DNA from: the human T2T-CHM13v2.0 reference genome, Homo sapiens
Strand: one strand, 5' to 3'
DNA length: 64,000 nt
NCBI RefSeq assembly: GCF_009914755.1
Contig: NC_060931.1
This document shows positions 26,071 to 40,335 of this stretch, piece by piece. The notes under the pieces are model-generated. The model did no database searches. It was not told the origin of the DNA and saw nothing but the letters and a program-made list of their open reading frames with translations. The number at the start of each line of letters is the position of its first letter. Position 1 is the first letter of the stretch. The translations under genes were made by a program, and so were the position numbers.

Positions 26071-28189
26071 GTGTCTCTGTGGAGTAAGAATGCTGTTTGA
26101 AGGGCAAATGGCTAGGGAATCAAAGAAGTTGGGATCAGAATATTTCTGATACTTTGTATGAATCAATTCCATTAGTCTCAGATGCTTTAGAAAATAAATA
26201 TAAGCTATTCTATCTAAAATGCCTAATAAACTTCCTTGAGTATGGACACTTGCATCTGTCTAGTTTCCTACCCTTGCGCAAAACGTATCAAGATTTGCAT
26301 TCATGAGCTTCTATCTTTTGAAGAGCACATGCATCTTATTGGCATCTTTTTAGAGTGTACATGTGGGGTGCATCGCATCAAAAGATAAATGCATACCACA
26401 ATTGCTGAAACATGGCTAGCAAAATAGTTGTGTTGAAAATTTGTTCTGACTCTTACCATCATCTAACCATCAAAAATAGCTGACATGATAACAATATCAG
26501 AACAGCTGTGCTATTTTAAAGTGTTTTGTTTCCTAAACAACCTCCCACTATTACTCCCTGTCAAGATTTGCTGTTTTTATCCACTTGTGCAAATAAATTA
26601 TTACTTGAATATGGAATAGATCAGGAGAAAATATGAAATAAATATGCTTAAGTAGATATATTTCCAGACCCAACAGTAATGGATGCAACTGATTTGCCAA
26701 CTACATTCAGTTTATACATTGTAAAAATGAATCTGCTACCAGAAAGCCTGAGTTGAGAAAGTCCAGACTGGTTTATAACAATCTCCTGCTGGTGTTTTTT
26801 GACATAATTTAACTCTGAGTCAACAAAAAAGTTTTTTCTATATCATGTAGCTTGACAATATTAATTGAATACTTCCCTTAGAATTTGAACCATTGACAAA
26901 AAAGCCAAAATTTTTATCATGTTTCCAGAGGTCAAAGCTTAATTAGCAGGCAATAGTTTCCTGGGCAGGTACAGTTGTTATGTCTAAAAAAGACCTCAAT
27001 GAAATATACCATCACTCAGTTTAATGCTCAGTTTTCTGAATAAGAAAGAAAATGGATCCACTGGAGGGTGAACGTAGTGTCATGATAACTAAAGTCAATT
27101 TGTTTGTTTGGGAATCCGCTTAGAATTTTAGTTATTCAGCTGTGTTTACTAATAAACTGTGCAGGCATGTAAACAAGCAGTCTCAAGAGACACAATGGCT
27201 AGACTCTCTGTTTCCAAAATATTGGCCCCAATTGTAAAGTTCATTTACAAAACTACACTTCCATTGGTTAACCAGTGGATAGCTGAGCAAAAGAGAAGCT
27301 GTTGTTCTAACTTTGTGATATTTTTGAACATTATGAAATATCAAGGTACATACTACGTAATACTACCAAAGAATAAAAATAGAATAAGAGCAAAATTTCA
27401 TATAAATACACACAAGCACCACACAATTCTTTTAAATTAAAAAAAGAGATGGAAATGAAAAGGAGATGAAGATCAGTGTTATCTTCAGGCTTTTTATGTA
27501 GGGTATACTAAAAGACCATGACCAAATGGCTCTGCCATTGTGGGTAGTTCCTGACCTGCCATTTCCCACAGTACAAATTTTTCAGGTCAGAAGAATGGGT
27601 TAATTGCTTTACAGTCTCTAAGACTGTTTTATAAAATTGTTAGGTCACATCAATAAGATCTGCCAAATTAAATACTTGACTTTTATCTGATATTCTAGAT
27701 CTGGTAAGAAAAAACATATATATGTATATGTCTAACATTCTATAAGCAACTCAAGTCAATGTTTTATGAGTTATAAATATTATACATATATCCCTTTAAG
27801 TAATAGTTCATAAAATACATTTAGCTTTAGCTTTCTACTCAACATATATTTATAAACTTTAACATTACTGAAATATCTTGGATCTCAATATACAGGTAGT
27901 CTATAATTCCCACAGAGTTTAAATTAAAGCTACTTTTAAAGAGTTAATAAAGTTTCTTATTTAGTTTTTAAATGAAGGAAATAAAAGTTGAGCTTGTAAT
28001 ATTAAGACTGACTCTTCATGGGAACTGAATGAATTGTTCAGAAGCATTCAGAAAAATATCATGTTGCCATATTTTTTTCTAGTATAAAAGGTGGATACTC
28101 TATTCACTCTGAGTATTTCCTAAAATTTCATGGATTCTGTGTTTTGATCCCAACATAAATATTTTGGAAGTCAAATATTAGAAAAACGT

Positions 28190-28662
28190 TGCAGAAGATT
28201 CTTGAATCCCACCTTTATATCCCTCTCCCTCTGTAGCTGAAGTAGAAGTTTTCAGCCTTGTCCTAACAAAACTTCACTGCAAATACCTGCATCACTTTGT
28301 TTCCCCATCTTAGTCTTTCTTCAGCTCTGCAACCAAAAATGCACTAAACTTAATATACCCAGGGTAAATCCTTAACAGATGAAAAACTAGGTGGATAAAC
28401 CCCCAGCCTTCCTATTGTTCAGTGCGACAGTTTGAAGGTATGGTCCACACAATAGCTTAGAGGCGATCCAATAGAGTGGAGCATCAATTATCTGTAGCAG
28501 TAACCCTCTCATTAATGTACCATTTATTGGCTTTTCTCCTTTTCCCATCTCACTTATCTCATCTGTCCCTCATTCATATCTCCTAAGATCACCTCCCAAA
28601 CAAATTATATGTTTGTTTGTCTTTGTCTCGTATTGGCTTTTGGAGAAAAATGAACTAAAATA
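28190..28662 (+). mobile_element. LTR16-family (ERVL) solo LTR
   Basis: ggataaacccccagccttcc..gatcacctcccaaacaaatta..tttgtctc..ggcttttggagaaaaatgaactaaaata resembles the LTR16 3' half. Confidence 0.7.
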
Positions 28663-30974
28663 GTTTGACCTCCAGTTTCTATAAAGAGATACTTAAACCT
28701 TTCCAATACCAATAAACAAAAATTCAGTGAACCTCTTGAAGTAAAACTCACAAAACAATGTTCTGATGAATTAATCTACATGATTCAAAAACTTGTGTGT
28801 TCCATTGCCCTGACTGCACAGAGAATCTACATATCAAAAAGAAACCAAAGTTATCCTCAATTGTCCCTAATTTTTGGTTTTGCTGATGCATGAAACTTAG
28901 ATGTTGCTATGTTGTTCAGTATTTGGCCAGCAAAAAGCTTGGCTAATTCTCTTATCATTAACCACAACCTACATCATCATTGTTGCCAAGAATGTGAAGA
29001 TAAACTCCTCAATGTAATACATGCCAAAAAATATTGTGTCCTTTGTGTCTAATTGAACATTTTTTCCATTTTTTAAAAGTGAGCACTTTTTTCAATTACA
29101 TTTGTTTTTAAAAAGACTGTATTTTTAACTGGATGAACTGCTTACTAATTCTTTCTTCTTTTTCTGTTTTTCCTGTGGAGTACTCCCTATTTACTTTTCT
29201 TACCTAAGGTGAACAACATAATGTTTATACATATATACACACCATATATATTAAAACATATACAGTTTTATATGTGGTTTTATGTATATATACATACACA
29301 CACACACACACACACACAAACACATAGTTAAATGGTTAGTTTAAACACATGAACAAGGTAAGGCTATTATTCTTTGGTTGGTAAGTAACTAAATGAAAAT
29401 GCTTTACTACTAAGTATTTTTATTAAATACTAGTACCACTAAATTAGAAAATTCTCAGGCCCTAGATTTAGGAATTTATTTAGCTGTAGTGCAAACATGT
29501 AGAATATAATTCATAGGGAAACAGTTTTTCCAGTTAAGAATCTTGAGGACTACATTAGCAAAAAAATACTTAAATTTGATTTTTGAGACTAATAAAATAA
29601 ATGTAATTAATAATAATGCAAAAACATAACTACAATTGTTAAAATATATTAGTTTGATATTTTGTCTAGTTAATTTAACAAAAGAAAATGAGAGGGAGCA
29701 GAGAAAAGGAAAGAACATAAATTGTCAGAAAGTTGGTCTACTTTGTAAAATTCTTAATTGACTTAGATGTAACTAACTTAATAATATGTTACTTGAAAAT
29801 ATAAATAGTGAAATTTGTTATAATTTTAATTGTTATCTCATGGCCAAATGAGATGTAAACTGTAGAAAACCTCTGTTTTTCTAAGTTGTAATGAGGAAAA
29901 CTTATCTTTCTGTCTACCTGTAACTTTTCAGAGCCAAAATATCTCTGAAAAAAATTTGTCTCTTTGAAACACTTTTCCTTTTCTGATAAGCAATAATTAT
30001 ATAGTTTTTCAAGTGACAACTCATTCTTAAGAGCCATAAATGACATTGAGAGAGTTATAAAAGATTTTAATTTTATATATTGACAAGTATAATCCAAATT
30101 TCCTATTTCACCAGATAAAAGTAAATTTTCATAATTACATAAAAATATGTACTAGTATGTCTTGAAGTTGATTATTCTATTAGTGTTTTTTTTTCCTGCT
30201 TTTGTATGGATAGAATCAACCTTTTGTAGGCTGTTACTTTTGCCCTATCTTTATATTTCCTGGGTACCAATCTCCTTACCTGCAAAGAAAGAGATTTGAA
30301 AATGTGGTCTCTAGTGTCCTCTCCTGACATAGCCTATAGATTCTAAATCCTATCCACAATTCCCAATTCAAGACCACATGGCCATTTTCAGTTCCCCCAC
30401 CCATGTTATCGAGATAGGCTGACTTCTCTTTGCCAAGTTTGTTCATGGGACCAATGTGGTATATCCAAAGTGTATCTAATCTTGAAAAAATGATGACATC
30501 CTTGAGGATAGACTATGTATTATACTTTCCTATCCTCATCACAGAATAGGTGTTTAATAAATACCTATACTATCATCACAAAATCACTTATATCTTGTAT
30601 GATATTGTACTAAAAAGAAAAGAAAGTGACTGTCACTTGATTAAGTTTCTTATCTTTTGGGGGGCACAAACTCTGCTTTTTACAACTTTTACTCAGGAAA
30701 CTGATTTAACACAGAGAGAACCATTAAGTATCACTATTTTTGTTGTATCACTTCCCCCTGCATATCCTGATTTAGAAGTATTCTTTAATTACCAAAGAAA
30801 TAATGCATCACTGAATCAGGAAATGTTTAATTATGGTCTGGTAGGAGCTTTGCTCACACATAGGTAAACCGTGTAACTTCTGGAGTCATTGAAAAATAAT
30901 ATTTCTTAATATCTGACAAGTCGTCAGCTATGCACTTAGGACAAGCCTCAAAAACACTTGTTTGACTATAGGTG

Positions 30975-31205
30975 GATAGGTGGACATTGGGTCAGAGTCA
31001 GACATGTGTTTGAAATATAGCTTTGCCATTTATTGAGTAAACTTAGAGAAGTTGATTAACTCTTCTGAGCTTCAGTTTCTCTGTTACAGTAAAATAGAGA
31101 ATGGTAGTAACTATCTTACATTTTTGTTGAAAAGATTCCTTAGGATGACGTATATAAACCACTTAGCATTCCTTGGCCTAAAGAAAGAAGTTTAATAAGT
31201 AATTT
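30975..31205 (+). mobile_element. MIR SINE
   Basis: gagtcagac..ttaactcttctgagcttcagtttctc..gtaaaatagagaat..cacttagca. Confidence 0.8.
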
Positions 31206-31649
31206 TCTTACTATTTAAATTATTGTGTGGAAACTATTATAGAGTGTATTTTTGTTTATCTTTAAAAACAGTTTGCTTTGGTTTGTCAGATTAATTTGTG
31301 AGAACATGAATAGCACAGTTGTGTAAGAAGTTTAGAACCTGTTTAGCTTAAGATCATGGAATCATCGAATATTAGAGCAGTGGAACACTGAGACATGAAA
31401 CGTTTCATTTCACTTCCATCATTCACAACACATAATACATATACATCATACAGACGAAGAAAAGGAGACCCTGGAAATTGGAATATATTTTCTTTGTTTG
31501 CACATATAGAAAACTTGGGGGCTAGTCCTAATTCTCTCTTTTTCTAGCCAGCATTGCTTTATCCACACAATTCAGTCCTCTCAGATAATGAGAGATCAAC
31601 ATGAAGAAAATTGGAAGAAAGTAACAAAACATGACATAGATTTGGAATG

Positions 31650-32145
31650 TATGTGTTATCTATTAACAAAATAATGCTATAAGACAACCATAATGCTCAG
31701 TAACACACAATAATAAACATTATTCAAATCTATAGGTGGGTTACTTATGCCGGACTTAGCTGGCCAGATTTTCTGATCTGACTGGGCACCCTCAGGCATC
31801 TGTGGTCTGTTTCTGAGGAAAGACGGCTATTGGCTGAGGCACTCAGCACTTCTCATAGTCTATTATCTTCAAGGTAGCTTGGGCTTGGGCTCACAGAATG
31901 GTAGGAATCCAAGAGAGAGAGAGAGCAGAGGCATTCACATTTCTTGAGGCTTAGGCTTATCCCTGCTACCGTATCACCTCTGCCAAAGTCTACTAATCAA
32001 ATACATCATGAAACCAATCCAGAACTAAGTGGTGGGGAAAGTGGGGAAACAGACTCCACTTCATGATGGGAAAAACGTCAAAGTGCTGTTGCTAAGATGT
32101 AAACACGAATAGGGGTGAAGACTTGGGGCCAATTTTTTAAGCCTT
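31650..32145 (-). mobile_element. MLT1-family MaLR solo LTR
   Basis: Antisense MLT1 motifs (tcttgaggcttaggc; cagactccacttcatgatggga; ggggtgaagacttggggcc). Confidence 0.7.
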
Positions 32146-34113
32146 CAAAGGAGATTGCACAATTTTGTAATAAAATTAACCTTTCCATCCTCTGTCTTAA
32201 TAATATTTCTCCAAAATATTTGATATGTTGGTGTCTAGTTGCTGTCTAATTGACATTATAAGAAAACTTCAACATTTAATATGAAAAAAATGCCAAAATA
32301 AAATATTTTAAATGTTAATAAACTCAGTTGGATTGCAAAATGTAAATATCAACGTTATCTCTTCTTTAACCATAAGCAGCCTTCCATACCCTTAGTCAGA
32401 GTGCATGTGGGCTGCTCTTTATCATGAATTAAAACCAGCTTTGAAATCTCTTTGTCACTTTCTGAAATCAAGATTAGAATTAAGCGTTAATGCTACCAAA
32501 TATATCAATCATCTTAACACAACCATTTAGGCACTCATACAGAAGACTTATCATCCTATTACAATACAATATATCAGAAAATCTTGAAAATTATTGTTGT
32601 GATATATATGCATTTATGCATTTTCATTTTATTTATATTTTAACATAGATAAGAGTAAAAATAATTACTAAAATAATCAGTTTATTTTATTATTTTTAAT
32701 GGCAAATCAAGTAGATTTTAGGTGAAAAGATTTAGAGTTGAAGTCATCTATCTTATGTATAAGGTAGAAATATTTGCCCATTTTCTAAATCATTATTGTT
32801 AGTTAACAAGAAGCTAATTTGAAAGGCTGTTTATAAAACAATTTATAGTTACTGTTTGAAATATTAGTAATATTTTTGAAGGATATTAGTAAGTTATTGG
32901 AACTGATTAAGAAGATAAATCTCTGAAATTAATTTTCTATCATAAACACAAACATTTTTTAAAAATTGAGCTTATCTTAATAGAATAATATTAAAATAAG
33001 CTTATTCCCTACTTCAACACTTAATACTCTTGTGTTAAAATAAATTACTTTCATAACAAATATATTATGAACAATGCATATGATTTTTCTATTCCACTGG
33101 AAATAAAGCTAAACTTTAAAGTAAGATGATTGTTCTATAAATTTCAAGACAATTGTAAGTAAAAATGTGCTAATTTCATCTTAATGGTGGTACCTTAAAC
33201 TTAAGCCAAATCATGATTATAAGAAATCAGACTAGGACAGAATGAAATATAAGTCCCTGAGCTTTAATAAAGAGTAATTATTTTAACTGAGGGTTTTTTC
33301 AGGACTTGATGCTTTTTTACATCACTGACATTATGGGAGACATTATCAAAATTATTAACAAGTATTTTTGAAGATGTTAATATTTGAAGAATTATAAATG
33401 CAAGACTATAGTTACAAATGCTGTAATCAAACTTTTCTCTTATACATTTATGAAAAATAACATTATAAATATAAAGATTTTCTGTTTTTCATCTTTCATC
33501 GACGATGTATGGCTTTCAAATTCTTCTGTTAGCATAGGAGGAATAATGTTTCAAAATGTATTTTTTTGAGCATATATATTGGCAATATAATGTGCTAGTT
33601 GAACTTCTAACACTTGGCTGATATTAAGTCTTGGTTAATGTGCTTTTTCTCTGGTATTTCTAAAAGTGCTGTACTGCAATATTTTTCATTTGTTGATTTA
33701 CCTGGTTAGACAGAATAGGTGTCTAATTTAGAAAAGGTAGCTCTTGTTTATTGTGACTTTTATATTTATTTACAATGTTCAGTAGTACTTTACATTCTCT
33801 TTAACGAAATCAGCTAAATTCCAACAACAACAACAAAACTCTGAGGCATTCATGTAGAGTAGGGTGCAATAACCTTTGCTGTTTTTCCAATAAATCATTT
33901 GGCACTTATAGCTTATAATAAACAGTTCTCTTCATGCGCTCTGAAGGAATCTGATCTTTCGCTAAGGTAAGTGTTATCCCAAGGGTTCAGAGAGGATGGA
34001 AAGAATTTAGAAACCTCAAAGTTGGCTTCTGTGAACACCTGGTTAATTATGTGAGACAATAAATGGGAAGTATGGCAACTTTAAGCATACTTATTTATTT
34101 CCAGACTACCAGG

Positions 34114-34146
34114 GTGTGTATATATGTGTGTGTGTGTGTGTGTGTT

Positions 34147-34180
<34 letters not shown>

Positions 34181-34505
34181 CGTATATATATATGTATATA
34201 TACATATATATACATATATATGTATATATACGTATATATATGTATATATACGTATATATACGTATATATGTATATATACATATATATACGTATATATGTA
34301 TATATACATATATATACGTATATATGTATATATACGTATATACATACATATATATACGTATATATATGTATATATACATATATACGTATATATACATATA
34401 TACGTATATATATGTATATATACGTATATACATATATATACGTATATATACGTATATATACATATATATACGTATATATATATGTGTGTGTATATATATA
34501 TATAC
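34114..34505. repeat. Compound (TG)n/(TA)n/(TATACG)-type microsatellite
   Basis: Direct inspection: alternating purine-pyrimidine tract. Confidence 0.98.
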
Positions 34506-34929
34506 TTGTTTTCCTACTTCCCTATGTAGAATACATATAAAATAAATAACTTTATAATAAACCTTATGAAAGATAACCCTCCAGACTCTGGCTCATCTAA
34601 TTTTACCTTGGAAGGAATAGTATTATTTACCAATCTTAATAACAAATACCTGAAAAGCTACCAGATCATTAGGACTGGAAATCAAAGCACATGTCCATTT
34701 AGGAAGGGTCTTCTGAAATTGGTCTTCTGAATTATTTTAAATGTGAGGGATATTTGTGATATTTTAGTATATGGAAATATATTTTGCATTGAGTCTCATC
34801 TCAGTGTTTACATGTATGGACGATATACATGTAATAATGTTTATGTTCAGTTGTTGTTTATGGTCAATGAGGGGTAAGAATAACTCTCCCATTGTCTTCC
34901 AGAGTAAAATTAACAACCATAATAATACA

Positions 34930-35150
34930 AATAATAGCTAATAAAATATGCTATTATGTTACATATGTTAATCTTTCCCAAACCATGCTGATTTTACTAT
35001 TATTATTACAACTTTACTGATTAGAAAGTTGATTTTAAGTAGTTAAACACTTAGTTGCCCACAATGATCCAGTTCACAAGGGGCGAAACTAGAATTCAGA
35101 TAGAGGAGATGACTCTAGATTTTGAGCTGTTATTAGCTGCTACACTGTAC
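34930..35150 (-). mobile_element. MIR fragment
   Basis: ttactattattattacaactttactgattagaaagttga..gttaaacacttagttgcccac..ctagaattcaga. Confidence 0.55.
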
Positions 35151-36039
35151 ACTGTGAGCATTTGACTGTATTAGGAGGTCCAATCTCACACTTATATTTG
35201 TACTTACGCAAAGCCCAAAACACTCCATTGAAAATGAATATGGGTATGACAGAGGCCTCCTTTTCTATCACAGGTTTCTTCCCTTTATGCTCATTAGAGC
35301 TAACCTAATAAATAAAAAGGTTTATTTTTATGAGAATGTTTCTAACATATCAAGATTTGCACATGCCATATCATTACCAATAAAGTTCGCTAATGAGCAT
35401 GGCTTTGTACATCAAGAACTGTAAACTGTAAATGGTCCAAAGTGCATCTTATCCTCAGGCAAAATAAGTAACTTCCCACATATATATGTGATTTTGGAGG
35501 TGCCTACAGAGCTCTTCTGTACCATCCTATCTCCACTCCCCAAATCCCAAACACCATCAAACACCTAATTTACTCATCACCAAACTCTGAATTGCCAGGA
35601 TGCGTTATAAATGGAAAAAGCTCCAACGTGGGAAGAGTTGATAGGTGAAGGAAACTGCAGGCTTGGGATTTGAACTAATGCTCTCTCCATCCCTATTTCA
35701 GTAAGAAAAGGCAGTGTCTTGCCAAAGAAAAGTCACAGTAAAAGGGAAAATGAAACCGCTATGTTTTTGTTATATTCTAAATGATGTCATGACCTAGAAA
35801 ATGTTATCCTTTCATAAATACCATTGTCAAATATCAAAATGTTAGTGGTATAATAGTAGAAATTAAAAATCTAGTTAGATCAAGATACTAATTTAGTAGT
35901 GAGGTCCCACTTCCTACTTCAGATTTGGCTTCAATTCAAAAGAAGTCAGAAAAGAATATTTTTAGTGCTGTTGTAATAGCATTACAGTTCTCTATTTTTG
36001 TTTTGCCTCTGTTTCAAAAATTATATCTATGCAATTTAT

Positions 36040-36545
36040 TTTATAAATAACAAAAATGGCCATAAATTTTACCCTCTTATGCAAACTTACTTTTGCAATG
36101 TAACTTTTTGTATCTCCTCCAACTTGCAATTCTTCCATCAAGAAGTAGAATCTATCTTCCACCCTTTGATTTGTGGCTTATCCATATGACTTGCTTTGAC
36201 CAATGGAATATTAACAAGTGTGATGCTAATAGAGATTTAAAGCATTTGTGCACTAGATCTTGCTCTCTTATGGCTCATTGAATCTTGATGCTCCATGTGC
36301 AGACACCTGAGTATCCCTGGAGGATGACAAAACTTTTTAAATGAGGACTTTACAGACTAATCAACTTGCCAACTGTCAGATATGATTGAGATGATTCTAG
36401 ACCATTTAGCCTTGGCTGAGCCTGTATAGACAGAAAAAAAAAACTGTCTAAGCAATCTAAAGAATTGTGAAAATAATAAATACTTGTTGTTTTAAGCCAA
36501 TAAGTTTTGGGGTGGTCTGTTGCACAGCAAAAGATAATTGATACA
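36040..36545 (+). mobile_element. MLT1 (F/G/H-like) MaLR solo LTR
   Basis: tgacttgctttgaccaatggaat and 3' end ttgttgttttaagccaataagttttggggtggtctgttgcacagcaaaagataattgataca. Confidence 0.85.
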
Positions 36546-39500
36546 TTCCCTAGCTTTTTTTTATTGTTGTTGCTGTTATTGTAGATACAGATATTTAAGA
36601 AAACATAACTAGCACTTTCTGGCATGGGAAAAATACATATGGAAATGTAAAAATATGAATGTTCACACTCTTCAGTAATTCTAAGAGAGCATCTAATTGC
36701 TAGGTTCCAAAATAGAATGAAATACCACTGCTCAGTTTACACGACGCAAAACTGGCTCCCGTTGTGTTGCCAGTATTACATGTGAGGAAAATGAGAAGTA
36801 CAGTTATGTTTATGTTGACACGTCTTCATTTCAAGTTTAAGCATTTGATTTGTTTATACTTTCCCCCATTTCCTTGGTTCAGCTGCACTGTCTGGGTTTT
36901 AACAAGCTTCAGTTTTACCTCATTCGGTGAGACAGTGTCTGAGTTTAGGATTAACATTTGTACAGTGAAACATAAATGCTCATGAATTGTATATAATATT
37001 TTAGCAAAAGCTTATTTAGTTTTACTGCTTTCACAAATTTTTGGTTTAACCAGCAGCCTTCTATTACTCCCTTACAAATTCAATTTAATGGATGGTAAGA
37101 ATATAATAGTTGGAATGTCTTTTTTCTAGGTTAATAAGTTTAGTAGGTAGCTGTTCTCTGCTGTGGATTAAATAAAAGTTTCAAATTTTGCTTTATCTTT
37201 TTCTGTTTCCCTTTATTCAAAAATCTAACTGCTTCTCTTAACAAATAAATCTAAAAAGTTTAAGTTACTCTGAAATAAGTGCATATCCTGATCGGATTAA
37301 CTAAAAACAATGCTTGAAAAGTTTTTAAAAAACTACACACAAAGTTCTATGTCACTATAACACCATTTTTCTATCTTGTGTATGTAGGATATTTTTGAAA
37401 TCTTCTGCTTTCCCTATTTTTGCCCTTCTTCCAGTCTCCTGAAATAAGCTCTCCCTGTCCTCAGGAATTCAGTGATCTAAACAACATAGAGTTAGAAGAA
37501 AACTTAGAGGCTTTCTTGAGTCTATATTTAAAATATATTTTACTCCTATTATCAATAAGAAATGTTTTAATAGATATACATATAATATTGATAAAATATT
37601 ATCATAAATTAATTTTTATTTTCATATTTTCATCAGTGCATGATGATAGTTTTTAATTCTATTTTATTTCATTTCCATTTACTTCTATTATATTATCTTT
37701 TTATTTGTTGGGTTTTTTCTTGTTTTGTTTTTGTTTTTAAGTGTTGGTCACTCACTACTAAATTGATTTTGCATTTTAGTATTGGATTTTGACCTATAGG
37801 TGGAAATATACTGTCCTACCTTAGAAGGAATAAAATAATTTACATCTTAAGATGCCTGTTATGATAACTATTTCATTCCTTCTCATCTTTCTCTGCTTTT
37901 CTCCTAGTAAAGTAGATATCTCTATTCTAACCTCCTTTCGAAGGAGAGGAAATGTTATCTCCACAGACCTCAGGCCCATGGCAGAGCCATCCCATGAATC
38001 TTCTATCCTTGGATCTCCTTTTCTTTGATTTCCTGATAATCATAATGACTCTCAAATTGGCTTATAGTTCATTTCATCTTTTTAAAAAAATGTCTTGCCA
38101 CCTGTCCTTCTTAAGCCACCCTACACACATATACCCTGCTTCCAGCTACTTTTCGGTTTTCTTTTTTAGTTTCATTTTTCTATCCCAGTGGCTCCTGCCC
38201 CAAGACTTTGTCTTAGATACTCCTCCTTTTGATCATAGCCCTTATCATCATCATTTTTGTAGAGCCCCAAACACCACTAGGGATAATTTAAAATGGCTGG
38301 AATCAAGTATGGTTAGCAAAAATGACTTCCAAAGATGGAGAAATAAAAAATTATTTTGATGAGAAATGGGTCCCTCTACTGGTTTAAAAAATAATGAAGA
38401 TTTAATTAACTAATTTATGTCCCTTGAATCTTTCTGTCACTTTTCTAGCTAAGCATTGGACAATGATATCAAGTAAATAAATTAAAGTTTGAGAATATAT
38501 GTCCTTGTTTAGAATTATGTCAGGTAATCTCTCATATATGAGCTGAATCCCAGTCTGCTCTACTTCCCAGAATCACTCAGAACTCACTGGAGGGAAGCTC
38601 TTGCTTTTCTGCCTCTGGTATCTGCTCAAATGCAGGCACTCTTATGGTTACAAACTTTCCCAGCTTCCACTCTCTCTTATGTTTCTCACCCCAAACCTTT
38701 CAATCTATTTTCCCCCTTTCAATCTATTTTCCCCCTGCTTACCTATGTCCATCTTTATGAGAAATGAAGTATGTTATTTTCAAACCCAAAAGTATCCATC
38801 CTTGCAGGCACATGCAATTAAAGTGGGGTAGGTGCATTCCTATCATGACTTTCCAGACTTTCAGCTGTAAGATGGGGATGCATTTATACTGTTCAGAGAA
38901 TCTCACTGTGCTGAGAACCTATATTCTTCTCTTGGGAATCAAATCACTTCCCTTCCTTTTTCCTCACTAACCTCAATTCCCAGTTACTCAGTGTTTATTG
39001 ATCTCAGCTAGATGTAGATAGAAAAGCAAAGTTCAGGTCATAGGTCTCTGCTAGAGAGCTTTTGCAGTTTTGAAGGTTATCAGATTCACTATATTGCTAA
39101 TTGGTGGATTTCAACAGGGAGGAAAAAAAAATCAGTCAATGTAGGCTGAGAAAATAGTTAAGTGCCAATAATCTTACTTCACGTTTAATAGTCACCACCT
39201 GCCTTCTCTATCTCATCCTTTATTTATCAATATTTATTGATTGATTCATTTTCTAATGGTTATACAATTTATTACTAGAGTCTAATTTTGATTTGATAAT
39301 TTTTATCACTTATTTATAGCAATATAAATCACATAGTAATCTGCCGTTTTTCACTAAAGCCAACATATGAATTGTATTTGATCCTTTTTATCTGGAGGGC
39401 CAGCTGAAATTTTTAATTTTAGAAAACAAAAGCAAAAAGTAGAATCTTTTCTTAAAAAGAAGAGCAGATATATGTCCTTAATTCTGTAAAAACTCAATCA

Positions 39501-39562
39501 ATAGAAGCCAGAAAGTGGTAAGAGCAAACTAATGACAACTGTTGCCAGACAATGTCTCCTTG

Positions 39563-39750
39563 ACAGAATTAGCTACATAAATAATTTGTAAGGTCCCAGT
39601 GCAAAATAAAAAGTGGGGCTTCATGTTGAAAAATTACTAAGAATTTCATTATGCCAATAGCAAAACATTGAACTATTCTCAGGGCCCCTCTAGGTATATA
39701 GTACTCTTTCCAACTGCACAGGTCATGTATATCCATGAAGAAGACCTTGA
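39563..39750 (-). mobile_element. MER91A hAT-Tip100 MITE
   Basis: gctacataa..tttgtaaggtcccagtgcaaaataaaa..ctgcacaggtcatgtatatccatgaag matches reverse of recalled MER91A. Confidence 0.75.
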
Positions 39751-39879
39751 TTCTAGAACATGTTTTGCAAATGTATACTGAAAGCTACAATCTCCTCCTC
39801 ATCTGTATCTGTATCTATTGTATTGAGTCTTTTTTTTTTTCTTCACAAGAAGAACTTTTTGGAAGAGTAGTCTAGTTGA

Positions 39880-40335
39880 CTGCTAACAAATTCATTGGGA
39901 AACTGCTTATATGTGTGGAAAATAACACAATTAGATTTCTATTTCATACTATTAAGCAAATAATCAGTTCTAGGTGGATTTAAGACTGAAATGTAAAAAT
40001 TGAAAGTTTTTTTTAATTTGAAAACGATAGAGATTATGGCTTTAGGCCAGGGAAATGCACTTTAAAGAAGTACAAAAATGTACAAAAACACAAAAGTTGA
40101 GATTGATATATTTAACTATATTAAACATTTTAGAAACTAAATTAAAAGACAAATTAAATACATTAAAAAAAGTCAAGGCTATAATGTGAGAAAGTTATCT
40201 GTCATACAGATAGCTGGTAATAGGTTACCATCAGAATGTATAAAAAATCCTTTAAAATAGGCAATGATACATTTTAAAAATACTATAAAAAATGAATATA
40301 CTTGAATGACCGATATATCTATAAAAACATGCTCA
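39880..40335 (+). mobile_element. Old L1M fragment
   Basis: Degraded ORF2 3' motifs (taggtggatttaagactgaaatgtaaaa). Boundaries approximate. Confidence 0.6.

Noticed and set aside
33964-33972. Consensus splice donor AAG/GTAAGT (similar sites near 29356 and 47962)
   Set aside because: No convincing acceptor plus reading frame. Isolated consensus donors are expected by chance. A lncRNA exon cannot be excluded without RNA data.
34063-34545. Overlapping Y/I/V-rich ORFs (also 53393-53916)
   Set aside because: Translations of (TA)n-type microsatellites, which lack stop codons.
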